The position numbers were made by a program, and so were the translations under genes. From NCBI GenBank assembly GCA_043757405.1, contig JAYVPI010000024.1, forward strand, positions 16,412 to 80,411: a stretch of DNA of 64,000 bases. Reading direction: 5' to 3'. Below, one piece after another: positions 9,237 to 18,544 of the stretch. The number at the start of each line of letters is the position of its first letter. The stretch's first letter is position 1. The notes beneath the pieces are model-generated. The model saw nothing but the letters and a program-made list of their open reading frames with translations. It ran no database searches and was not told where the DNA came from. This DNA is from Alphaproteobacteria bacterium. Its GTDB lineage: Bacteria > Pseudomonadota > Alphaproteobacteria > Rickettsiales > 21-14-0-20-44-7.

Positions 9237-11267
9237 AGCCTTTTGGGCGGAATCACTCCAGGAAAACCGCCACGCCGCAAAAAACCTTCCAGCGGCGGCA
9301 AAAAACCGCGCAAGAAAAAATCCGGCCCGAAAAAATTCGCCAAAACCCGTATCCTATTGAAGCTAGCTTCCGCCTTCGCTGCCGCATGTTTCATCGTTCT
9401 CTTCCTACTCATCATCATCTACGGCCATGACCTCCCAGATATCGACAAACTCTACGATGACAACCTCCAGCAAAGCGTCACCATCCTCGATTACAAAGGC
9501 AATACCATCGCTACTTATGGCGATTACTTTACTGAATTCGTGCAATATCGCGACATCCCCGAAGACCTAATAAACGCCGTTGTCGCCACCGAAGACCGCC
9601 GCTTCTTCAACCATTGGGGCCTCGACCCGCGTGGCATGATACGCGCTATGGCCAGCAATATCCTCCACGGCCATGTCGGCCAGGGCGGCAGCACTGTCAC
9701 CCAACAGCTCGCCAAAATAGTTTTCCTAAAACCCGAGCGCAAACTGAAGCGCAAAATCCAGGAAGCCATGCTCGCCATTTGGCTGGAGAAAAAATTCACC
9801 AAGGAACAAATCATCACCATGTATTTGAACCGCGTTTATCTCGGCAGTGGCGTATATGGCGTCGATGCCGCGGCACATAAATACTTCAACAAGAACGCCC
9901 GCCAATTGAACTTATACGAATCCGCCATGCTCGCCGGGATGCTTAAAGCCCCATCAACATATTCCCCCGCCAACAACCCAAATCTCGCCGCCGAGCGCAC
10001 TAAACAAGTTTTGCTCAACATGGTCGATGACGAAAAAATCACCGAAAAACAAATGAACCGCGCTTTGAAAACCGGCGCCCAAGTAAAAATCCAAACCATC
10101 AATCCCAGCACCAAATATTATGCAGATTTCGTAATCGACCAAATCGAAGAAATCATCGGAAAAACTTCGGATAACATTGTCGTAAAAACCACCTTCCGCC
10201 CCGATCTCCAGGCAATGGCTGAACAAAGCATTTCCAAAACCATGCTCGAATTCGCTGATAAGAAAAAAGCCGGACAGGCCGCGCTTGTCGCCATGAAGCC
10301 AAACGGCGCAGTCCTCGCCCTAATCGGCGGCGTTGATTATGCCGAAAGCCAATTTAACCGCGCCACGCAAGCCCAACGCCAGCCCGGCTCCTCCTTCAAA
10401 CTCTTTGTCTATACCGCCGCCATGATGTATGGCAAAAACCCTGATGACTTAATCAATGACGAACCAACCCGCATCGGCCAGGGGAAAAATTCTTGGACGC
10501 CATCAAACTATGACGGCAAATATCACGGCATGGTGACCTTGCGCGAAGCCTTTGCGCATTCATACAATGCCGCCGCCGCCAACCTCGCCCAAGAAATTGG
10601 CATCAGCAACGTAGTCTTCGTCGCCAAAAAAATGGGCATCAAATCCCAACTCGCCCAAGTTCCCAGTATCGCTCTCGGCTCCAGCGAAGTTAACCTGCTC
10701 GAACTAACCACCGCCTATGCCCATATCGCCAATAATGGCAACGCAGTCTATCCATATGCGGTAGAAGAAATCAAAACCCAGGGCGGCCAAATTCTCTATC
10801 AACGCGCCGATATCGGCATCCCGCAAATCATCGATCCCGAAACCGTACATAAAATGAATGATCTCATGAAAGCCGTTGTCACCCAAGGCACCGCCCGCGG
10901 CGCACAAATCGGCCGCGATGTCGCCGGCAAAACCGGCACCAGCCAAGATTTCCACGACGCCTGGTTCATCGGCTTCACCCCGCAGCTCATCACCGGAGTT
11001 TGGGTCGGTAATGACGACAATGCCGAGATGAACAAAGTCACCGGCGGCTCCCTCCCTGCCCGTATCTGGGCCCAATTCATGCGTCCGGCATTGGCTGGCG
11101 CACCTGCGCTTGCTATCAATTCCAGTTATGGCGGCTTCGGCGGTTTCACCAATAGCATTTCCGGCGGCGTTCAAAGCTTCTGGGATAGTTTAACCGGCGA
11201 TAGCGATGATACCCCGCCACGCCGCCAACCAGAAAATAATCCACGGAGTCTTTATCATGGCCATTGA
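9213..11267 (+). CDS. mrcA: class A penicillin-binding protein (PBP1A-type transglycosylase/transpeptidase)
   Basis: Glycosyltransferase motifs ATEDRRFFNHWG and GGSTVTQQLAK, plus transpeptidase motifs SSFK and KTGT. The start is ambiguous: the ORF track uses TTG at 9192, and the first ATG is at 9213. Both lie inside the octamer repeat. Confidence 0.85.
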   Translation: MQPRNYITSLLGGITPGKPPRRKKPSSGGKKPRKKKSGPKKFAKTRILLKLASAFAAACFIVLFLLIIIYGHDLPDIDKLYDDNLQQSVTILDYKGNTIATYGDYFTEFVQYRDIPEDLINAVVATEDRRFFNHWGLDPRGMIRAMASNILHGHVGQGGSTVTQQLAKIVFLKPERKLKRKIQEAMLAIWLEKKFTKEQIITMYLNRVYLGSGVYGVDAAAHKYFNKNARQLNLYESAMLAGMLKAPSTYSPANNPNLAAERTKQVLLNMVDDEKITEKQMNRALKTGAQVKIQTINPSTKYYADFVIDQIEEIIGKTSDNIVVKTTFRPDLQAMAEQSISKTMLEFADKKKAGQAALVAMKPNGAVLALIGGVDYAESQFNRATQAQRQPGSSFKLFVYTAAMMYGKNPDDLINDEPTRIGQGKNSWTPSNYDGKYHGMVTLREAFAHSYNAAAANLAQEIGISNVVFVAKKMGIKSQLAQVPSIALGSSEVNLLELTTAYAHIANNGNAVYPYAVEEIKTQGGQILYQRADIGIPQIIDPETVHKMNDLMKAVVTQGTARGAQIGRDVAGKTGTSQDFHDAWFIGFTPQLITGVWVGNDDNAEMNKVTGGSLPARIWAQFMRPALAGAPALAINSSYGGFGGFTNSISGGVQSFWDSLTGDSDDTPPRRQPENNPRSLYHGH

Positions 11268-12588
11268 TAATATTACCTTCGCTGAGAAACTAATCGCCAA
11301 ATGCAAAACCTTCGGCGCCACCGATGCCGAAGTCATGACCGGCGCCGGTGCCGATATTTCCGTCACTATCCGCAACGGCAAATTAGAAGACCTAATCCGC
11401 GCCGAAAGCTCCGGCTTTTCACTTCGCGTTTTCGTCGACAACCGCTCCGGCACAATCTCTTCCTCCAAATTCGCCGATGCCGATAAGCTAGCCGAAACCG
11501 CCGTCAATATGGCCAAAGCCGCGCCAGTTGATGAATTTTCCCAACTCGCGCCAAAGAAACTTTTATACAAGGCCAGCCTGGATTTAGATATCTACGACCC
11601 GCAAGAACCACCCGAAAACAAATTAATCGACCTCGCCATGAGCGTCGAAGCCACCGCGCTCGCCGTCAAAGGCATCACCAATTCCGAAGGCGGCGATGCC
11701 AGCTTCGCCAGTTATGAAAACACCCTGGTCACCTCTCACGGTTTCGCCAAAAGCCACAAATCATCCCGCACCGGCCTCTCTGTCCGCGTCCTCGCCGGCA
11801 GCGGAACCGGCATGCAACGTGATTATGATTATTCCGCCGCCCGTTATTTCAGCGACCTCGAATCTCCTGAAAAAATTGGCCTTGAAGCCGCCCGCCGCGT
11901 CCTGGAAAAACTAAACCCGCGCAAAGTCCCCTCTGGCCGCTATCCCGTAATTTTTGACCCGCGCATTTCCCGCAACTTAGTCTCTGATTTCGCCACCGGC
12001 GTCAGCGGCTCATCAGTGGCCCGCGGCACTAGCTATCTCAAAAGCAAAATGGAAGAAAAACTATTCCCCATCAACATCAACATCATCGACGACCCCCATA
12101 TCAAACGCGGCCAGGCCAGCAAACCTTTCGACGGCGAAGGCGTCGCCAACGCCAAATTAAAACTGGTAGAAAACGGAGTATTGAAATCCTGGCTCCTCGA
12201 CACCCGCTCCGCCAACCAATTAAAGCTAATCACCAATGGCCGCGCCAGCCGCGGCGGCGGCGGCCCATCATCGCCATCCAATACAAACCTATATTTGGAA
12301 AACGGCACTCTTCCGGTTGAAAAAATGCTCGCCGAAATCAAATCCGGCTTCTATGTCACCGAAGTTTTCGGCATGGGCATCAACTACACCAATGGTGATT
12401 ATTCCCAAGGCGCCGCCGGTTTCTGGATCGAAAACGGCGAGCTGGCCTATCCAGTCAGCGAAGTAACTCTCGCCGGAAATCTCCTCGAAATGTTCCAAAA
12501 CCTCACCCCGGCAAATGACCTGAAAATGAAATACTCCACCAACGCCCCCACGTTAAGAATCGACGGTATGACCCTGGCGGGAATATAA
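11257..12588 (+). CDS. pmbA: metalloprotease PmbA/TldE
   Basis: PmbA/TldD-family pattern with a C-terminal GDYSQGAAGFWIENGE motif. The start is taken at MAIDNITF and overlaps the PBP stop by 11 nt. Confidence 0.85.
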   Translation: MAIDNITFAEKLIAKCKTFGATDAEVMTGAGADISVTIRNGKLEDLIRAESSGFSLRVFVDNRSGTISSSKFADADKLAETAVNMAKAAPVDEFSQLAPKKLLYKASLDLDIYDPQEPPENKLIDLAMSVEATALAVKGITNSEGGDASFASYENTLVTSHGFAKSHKSSRTGLSVRVLAGSGTGMQRDYDYSAARYFSDLESPEKIGLEAARRVLEKLNPRKVPSGRYPVIFDPRISRNLVSDFATGVSGSSVARGTSYLKSKMEEKLFPININIIDDPHIKRGQASKPFDGEGVANAKLKLVENGVLKSWLLDTRSANQLKLITNGRASRGGGGPSSPSNTNLYLENGTLPVEKMLAEIKSGFYVTEVFGMGINYTNGDYSQGAAGFWIENGELAYPVSEVTLAGNLLEMFQNLTPANDLKMKYSTNAPTLRIDGMTLAGI

Positions 12589-12596
12589 AGATGAAA

Positions 12597-14981
12597 TTAA
12601 CGCCCGCTATTGACCAATGCGGCATTAGTTTGCGCCGACAGTAGCTGCAGTAATTGGTTGGAAGCACTAATCGCCGATTCAAGCGCCGCGAACTTAGTCA
12701 AAAGCTGATCGCGGAAAGTAGTCACCCGATCGTTGATTGTATCAATCGATTTCTGCAATGTCTTATCAGTTTCCTGCAGATTCTTGATCGCATCGTCGAT
12801 CAAACCGATTGAACCGCTAAGACCATCACCGTTTAACATTCCGTCAAGCGAGTTAAACATTTTATCGGCAACACCTTGCACCATTGAAATGTTAATCACA
12901 TCTGTGCCATCACCGGTATAAATCATTTCCAGGCCTTTAAAATCTGTCCCGGTTTTCCCCGATATTTTGGTTGAGCCGCCACTGGTTACATAATCCATAT
13001 AAATCGGCGTTGTCAGCGTCGCCCCGAATATTTTGGTCACGCTGGCACGCTGGGCTGCAATCTGGCCGGTATCGATATTTAAGGTAATATCCTTATTACT
13101 GATATTGGCAGTTCTGGTAATTGAATCATTACCATTACCCGCATATGTCGTATTAAAACCTTCCAGACCAGTGCCTGCCCGCCCGCTTATTACAGGCGTT
13201 GTGCTGGTAGTGGTAAATATCGCAGTAGTCGGCAAAACTTGTGAAGGATCGGTGAAATTGATACCGCTGGTTCCATTTGCCGTACCTTTTAGCACAAGGC
13301 GATAATCACCAGTGCCGTTTTTAACGATGCTGGCACTAACGCCGCTATTTGCTGACGCCAAATTGATGGCATTCATAACCCCAGTCAGCGTCATACCTTG
13401 GGCCAGCGTTACGTTTTGGCCGTTAATCTGGAATGTCCCTGCCGCAAACGCACCCGGAGTATCTGTACCGCCGGCATTAACAAAACTGCTGACATCCTTA
13501 TCCAAGAACGCCGAACTCGTAAATACTGATGCCGTTTTATAATCAAGGGCAATGCCTGCAGTCAATGCCGAACCGCTAATAGTCATGACTTTTGCCTGGC
13601 TGCCAATAGGCTGGCTAGTATCCACAGTAATGCCAAATGTTGAGGCAGTAATACCGTTACTGCGTTTATAAATTCCCAGGCTCGGGCTTGAAGATGAGAA
13701 ACTGAATTGGAATATATTGCTACTTTTATCAAAATAGCTCTCAAGCGCTGCATTGAGCTTTGGCGCATCCAAATCCAAAGTATTGGTAATCGCCGGAGTA
13801 GGTTTACCATCCGCATCGACACCGGCATTCACGTTGCTAAGCGTAATCCCCAAATCACCAAGACGAAGCGGTGCTGTAACTACGCCTGAACCATAAAGGC
13901 TAGGAATTGCAATCGACGCTTGCCCAGAGATCAATGACGATAGCTGGTTGATTATCGTATTCATCGTCGAGTTATTATTAAGCACAGCCGTTTCTACCAA
14001 AGCCCCGTTTGCATCTCGCTGCTGTTGCTGCGCCTGGAATGTACGCACTGAATTATATGACGTAACAAAATCCCCAATAGTTTTTGAAATCCCGACATTA
14101 TCCTTATCGATATCAAGAGTAACAGTTTCGCTATTGGTTCTGCCATAAAGCGAGAAAGTCACATTATCAATCAAATCACTTATTTTGTTCGAAGCGCGGG
14201 TAACTGTTTGTCCATTAAATTCGATTTCAGCATCAGCAGCATTCTGCGTTCTGCTGATAATTGGCGTCATCACACCCGGCGCATATGGCATTACACGATC
14301 AGTATCGGTAATAGTAATCGCGTTGGCAGCTCCGGTATTTTTGCCTGTCAGCACCAGTTTATAATCCGTATCCGAGTATTTGACGATATTTGCAGTAACA
14401 TTGCTTCTATCCGCAACTGAATTAATCGCCGCAGCAATATTATTCAGCGAATCACCTTGATTGAAAGTAACGTTAATACCGTTGATCTGGAAAGTACCTG
14501 CCGCAAAATGTCCGGCTGTATTGGTAGCCGCAGCGTTAACAAGGCTGGATGTGCGGTCAGTGAATGAAATACTTTGGCGGATTTCCGCTGTCGCTAATCG
14601 GTTCACTTCAAGCGTATATTTCCCGATCGGCGCACCATTGGCAGTCGCAACTCCGATATAATCCGAAACCGTCTGCCCGTTAGTAACACTTAAAAACGGC
14701 GTCCGCGCCGCAAATGCATTGGTCGAACTAGAGCCGAAACTTGGATTGCGCAATGAATCAACACTTTTTTGTAATGTCTGTAAAGCAGTCTTCAAACTGG
14801 TCAACGTGCTTATTTTTGTTTGATTGGCGGTTATCTTATTCGTCATCTGCGTTGCCGGCAGCGCTTTGGCTTTGGTCAATGCTTCAACCAATGCATTAGT
14901 GTCTATCCCCGACTGCGAGCCGGAAAGAACGGTTTTACCGTTTATAGTATTTACACTGCCAAAACTTATATTCGATACCAT
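12597..14981 (-). CDS. fliD: flagellar filament cap protein FliD (794 aa, with an internal duplication)
   Basis: Typical FliD N-terminal heptads (GIDTNALVEALTKAK...) and C-terminal coiled coil (FAALESAISASNQLLQLL). Confidence 0.85.
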   Translation of the reverse strand: MVSNISFGSVNTINGKTVLSGSQSGIDTNALVEALTKAKALPATQMTNKITANQTKISTLTSLKTALQTLQKSVDSLRNPSFGSSSTNAFAARTPFLSVTNGQTVSDYIGVATANGAPIGKYTLEVNRLATAEIRQSISFTDRTSSLVNAAATNTAGHFAAGTFQINGINVTFNQGDSLNNIAAAINSVADRSNVTANIVKYSDTDYKLVLTGKNTGAANAITITDTDRVMPYAPGVMTPIISRTQNAADAEIEFNGQTVTRASNKISDLIDNVTFSLYGRTNSETVTLDIDKDNVGISKTIGDFVTSYNSVRTFQAQQQQRDANGALVETAVLNNNSTMNTIINQLSSLISGQASIAIPSLYGSGVVTAPLRLGDLGITLSNVNAGVDADGKPTPAITNTLDLDAPKLNAALESYFDKSSNIFQFSFSSSSPSLGIYKRSNGITASTFGITVDTSQPIGSQAKVMTISGSALTAGIALDYKTASVFTSSAFLDKDVSSFVNAGGTDTPGAFAAGTFQINGQNVTLAQGMTLTGVMNAINLASANSGVSASIVKNGTGDYRLVLKGTANGTSGINFTDPSQVLPTTAIFTTTSTTPVISGRAGTGLEGFNTTYAGNGNDSITRTANISNKDITLNIDTGQIAAQRASVTKIFGATLTTPIYMDYVTSGGSTKISGKTGTDFKGLEMIYTGDGTDVINISMVQGVADKMFNSLDGMLNGDGLSGSIGLIDDAIKNLQETDKTLQKSIDTINDRVTTFRDQLLTKFAALESAISASNQLLQLLSAQTNAALVNSGR

Positions 14982-15179
14982 ACCTGGTCCTTTGCAATAT
15001 TCGTGCCTACGTGGCGTAAGAAAAACTCTATTTACTATTATTAAACAAATAGATTAAGATAGGGTTAAAGAAGTGAAATATGCATATTTATATGCATTTT
15101 AAGATTAATCCAACTCGCTATATAACTCAGTAGTTTGTCACAATTCTGAAATATAAATTAACAAGTGGTTAAAAAACCC

Positions 15180-15208
15180 TTGACTTCGCCAACGGATGTT
15201 AATATATT
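15180..15208 (+). promoter_or_regulatory. candidate sigma-70 promoter for the 15242 ORF
   Basis: TTGACT (15180-15185), a 17 nt spacer, then TATATT (15203-15208), about 35 nt upstream of the ATG. Confidence 0.35.
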
Positions 15209-15241
15209 CCGACCCTGGGAAATGAACGAAGTATTGGGATA

Positions 15242-15640
15242 ATGCAAGAAGCAGCCTCTAATTTCGATGACCAAGTGCACAAGCTCCATGAGCTCAAAGC
15301 CTCTGTGGCAGATGATCTTTCTGTTGTGGTGAAGGAAATTGCTCAAACCGGCTATAATCCACAAAACATCCTCACCGACATTATCAAACTCGCCCGCCTC
15401 CTCGATATTTCCGCCCCCGCCCCGCGCACTACTGCCAGCACCATTGCCGACCCGCGCTATAATTTACTGGAATATATAAAACGCCACGCCAATTCCTCGG
15501 TCCTGCGTGAAATCCACGGCGATGAAATCTTATTTGATAGAAAAAAACCTTTTACCTGTATCAGCCAAATCCAAGAAATTTTTGAAGACGTCTCCGAAAA
15601 ACTAACGCATAATTTTACAAAGCAGGCCGAATATGCATAG
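15242..15640 (+). CDS. hypothetical protein, 132 aa, divergent from fliD
   Basis: Clean ORF with a promoter-like sequence upstream. No motif recognised. Confidence 0.45.
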   Translation: MQEAASNFDDQVHKLHELKASVADDLSVVVKEIAQTGYNPQNILTDIIKLARLLDISAPAPRTTASTIADPRYNLLEYIKRHANSSVLREIHGDEILFDRKKPFTCISQIQEIFEDVSEKLTHNFTKQAEYA

Positions 15641-15786
15641 AGATACACCCCCGCATGTTGTTACCGCTGCCAACCATATCGCCGCAAATCTTGCTCCATT
15701 TGCAAAAGATACCGCCGCCGCAGCTCAAATGGCCGCTAAAGTCGAACACCGCCAAGCTCAATTATTACAAATAGTACGCAGCTAAT
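15634..15786 (+). CDS. possible small ORF (50 aa), coupled to the preceding ORF
   Basis: ATGCATAG start/stop overlap with the 15242 ORF. Encodes MHRDTPPHVVTAANHIAANLAPF... It falls below the ORF-track length cutoff. Confidence 0.25.
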
Positions 15787-15789
15787 AAT

Positions 15790-16497
15790 TTAAATCAGCC
15801 CATTACTCTTGAAACTGTAATGCTCGGTTTCAGAAATAATCAAATGATCATGCACTTTCAGCTCCAGTGGTTTCGCCGCTGCGATAATTGCTTGAGTCAA
15901 ATCGATATCCGCCCGCGATGGTGACGGATCGCCACTCGGATGGTTATGCACCAGAATAATCGATGACGCCGCCAGCTCCAAAGCCCGTTTCACAATTTCA
16001 CGCGGATAAGCCAGCGTATGGTTGATCGTCCCCTCTTGCTGCACCTCATCACCAATCAGCATATTTTTGGAGTTCAAAAACACAATCCTGAATTGTTCAT
16101 TCTTCAAATGCCCCATTTCCGCGCGGCAATAATCCAATAATTTCAGCCACGAATTCAACACCGGCTTTTCCTTAGCTTCCGTCAGCAACAGCCGCGACGA
16201 TGCTTCCTGCACCGTCTTAATCGCCGCAATCGCCGCTTCATTAACCCCATCAATCTTCGATAATGCCGCCTTATCCGCCGTCAGCACTTTTGCCAGTGAA
16301 CCAAACTTCGCTATCAATTCTTTCGCCAATGGTTTCACGTCAAAGCGCGGCGAGGATGCAAATAATATAACCTCCAGCAATTCATAATCCGCCAACGCTT
16401 TCGGCTGTTTCAAAAATCTTTCGCGTAATCTTTTTCGGTGGCCGGTATAATGCGGCACTTCTTTTATTTTCTCCGCCGCGCCGAATAAATCAGCCAT
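15790..16497 (-). CDS. radC: RadC-like JAB-domain protein (UPF0758)
   Basis: N-terminal GHRKRLRERF and HhH region, plus the JAMM motif HNHPSGDPSPS. The start is taken at MADLFG. Confidence 0.85.
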   Translation of the reverse strand: MADLFGAAEKIKEVPHYTGHRKRLRERFLKQPKALADYELLEVILFASSPRFDVKPLAKELIAKFGSLAKVLTADKAALSKIDGVNEAAIAAIKTVQEASSRLLLTEAKEKPVLNSWLKLLDYCRAEMGHLKNEQFRIVFLNSKNMLIGDEVQQEGTINHTLAYPREIVKRALELAASSIILVHNHPSGDPSPSRADIDLTQAIIAAAKPLELKVHDHLIISETEHYSFKSNGLI

Positions 16498-17407
16498 TTT
16501 GCAAATGCTCCAGAATCGCCTGCCGCACCGGCACGCCAATCTCCACCTGCTCCAAAATCAAACTCCGCGAGCGGTCATCAGCCACATCGGAATCAATCTC
16601 CACTCCACGATTAATCGGCCCCGGCGCCATTACTTTCGCATCTGGACGCGCAATTTTCAGCTTCCTCGCCGTCAGGCCATAATCGGCATGGAACTGTTTC
16701 TCCGATGGGATTTCCGAACTGAGCATCCGCTCTTTTTGCACACGCAGCATCATCACAATATCCACATTCTCCAAGCCTTCGCGCATATCGGTAAAGACCT
16801 CAACATTCTTTTCCTTCAAACTATCATCATGCGGTAAAAACGATTTTGGCGCGATCACCCGCAAATTGGCGCCCAGCTTGGAAAACATCAATATATTGGA
16901 ATGCGCCACCCTTGAGTGCAAAATATCGCCGCAAATCGCGATATTCAAACCCGCGATCCTGCCGATCGAATTCCTGATCGCCGCCGCATCAACCAAGGCT
17001 TGCGAAGGATGCTCATTAGTCCCGTCCCCGGCATTAATCACTGAACAATCCATAAATTCCGCCAACTGACGCACCTCACCGCTGACATTGTGGCGGATCA
17101 CGATAAAATCCGGGTGCATCGCGTTCAAAGTCATCGCCGTATCGCCCAGCGACTCCCCCTTAACCGTAATCGATGATTTCTCCACATTCATGTTAATCAC
17201 ATCCGCATCCAGCCGCTTCGCCGCCAATTCAAAGCTAATCAGCGTCCGTGTGGAGGTTTCGACAAAAAGGTTGATCAGCGTCCGCCCAGTCAGCAAGTGC
17301 TGCTTTTTATTGGCTTTCCGGTTAATTTCCGCATGGAAATTGGCGCGGTCCAGTATATTGGTGATTTCTTTGACCGAAAGGTCATTTATGCTGAGCAAAT
17401 GTCTCAT
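16490..17407 (-). CDS. pyrB: aspartate carbamoyltransferase catalytic subunit
   Basis: Motifs STRTLISFE, HPSQAL and APGPINRG. Confidence 0.9.
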   Translation of the reverse strand: MRHLLSINDLSVKEITNILDRANFHAEINRKANKKQHLLTGRTLINLFVETSTRTLISFELAAKRLDADVINMNVEKSSITVKGESLGDTAMTLNAMHPDFIVIRHNVSGEVRQLAEFMDCSVINAGDGTNEHPSQALVDAAAIRNSIGRIAGLNIAICGDILHSRVAHSNILMFSKLGANLRVIAPKSFLPHDDSLKEKNVEVFTDMREGLENVDIVMMLRVQKERMLSSEIPSEKQFHADYGLTARKLKIARPDAKVMAPGPINRGVEIDSDVADDRSRSLILEQVEIGVPVRQAILEHLQNG

Positions 17408-17473
17408 ATCCGGAGGGCAAAGGTAAACAAAAACCTAGCCAAAGACAAGGATTATATGTTAAAAGTGCAGCCT

Positions 17474-18448
17474 ATGAAAAAGCTCATATTGCCAGCCTGT
17501 CTTATCGTTCTCGCCTCCTGCAGCCTCCTTCCGGCAAAGCATAGTAGCGAGGATAACAAGAAAGAATTAGACGCAGCGCTCAAAAGCGTCGACGTCCCAA
17601 CCATGGAAAACACGCTTTATGATTCCGGCGTCGCCGCGCTTAATGCCGGTGATTCACTCAAAGCTGAATATTATTTCAACCAGCTTATCAAGAAAGCCCC
17701 GGACAACCCAACCTACAAATATAAATATGCCGAAGCTTTGCGCCGCCGTGGCGCCTGCAACGATGCGCTGCCGCTTTATGACGATGTCCTAAAGGCAAAA
17801 CCCGGTGATACTGATGCCCGCGAAGGACAGGCGCTGTGCCTTGTCTCCATCGGCGAATTCCAAAAAGCCGGCCCAATCCTCACTGACATTATACGTACTG
17901 ATTCCACCCGCTGGAAATCCATCAATGCCGCCGGCCAGATTTTCGCCGCCAACAACAAGCTGGACGAAGCCAACCAATATTTCACCCTGGCCGCCGATGT
18001 TTCCAACCACAACCCTACTGTGTTGAACAACCAGGCCCTGGTAAAAGCCCTCACCGGCAATAACGAAGACGCGATCAGAATTTTGAGGGAAGCCTCCTTA
18101 CGCGCCGGAGAAGGCACAGCGCAAAAACGCAATATCGATCTGAACCTGGCCATAGTTTATGGCATTTCCAAAAACATTGACATGGCCGAAGCCACCGCCA
18201 AACCTTGGCTGACCACACCACAGCTTTACAACAATATGGGCATCTATGCCGAACTTGGCAAAAACCCTGAGCTGGCCCGCACTTTCCTGGATAAAGCCCT
18301 GATGGGCACATCAGTCTATTACGACCGCGCCTGGGAAAACCTGGAGCGTTTGGACGCCAGCCGCGGCCACAAAACCCCAACTCCCGAGGCCGCAGATACT
18401 GACCCAGCCCCGCAGCCACAAGCCAAGTCAGTAAAACGTAAAAAATAA
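17474..18448 (+). CDS. TPR-repeat lipoprotein
   Basis: The internal start gives MKKLILPACLIVLASC (lipobox), followed by several TPR-like repeats. The ORF-track start at 17297 runs antisense through pyrB. Confidence 0.7.
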   Translation: MKKLILPACLIVLASCSLLPAKHSSEDNKKELDAALKSVDVPTMENTLYDSGVAALNAGDSLKAEYYFNQLIKKAPDNPTYKYKYAEALRRRGACNDALPLYDDVLKAKPGDTDAREGQALCLVSIGEFQKAGPILTDIIRTDSTRWKSINAAGQIFAANNKLDEANQYFTLAADVSNHNPTVLNNQALVKALTGNNEDAIRILREASLRAGEGTAQKRNIDLNLAIVYGISKNIDMAEATAKPWLTTPQLYNNMGIYAELGKNPELARTFLDKALMGTSVYYDRAWENLERLDASRGHKTPTPEAADTDPAPQPQAKSVKRKK

Positions 18449-18457
18449 TATCCGCTT

Positions 18458-18540
18458 AATGAGGGAGGGCTTGCCCCGACCGAGCGAGCCCATTGAGGGC
18501 GATAGCTCGCGAAGCGATGCGCGGCGCTTGAGCGCAAATT
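18458..18540. repeat. ~85 nt REP-like repeat, family B copy 1
   Basis: aatgagggagggc..gaccgagcgagcccattgagggcga..gcgcggcgcttgagcgcaaatt. It ends 4 nt before the aas stop codon. Confidence 0.85.
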
Positions 18541-18544
18541 AAAA

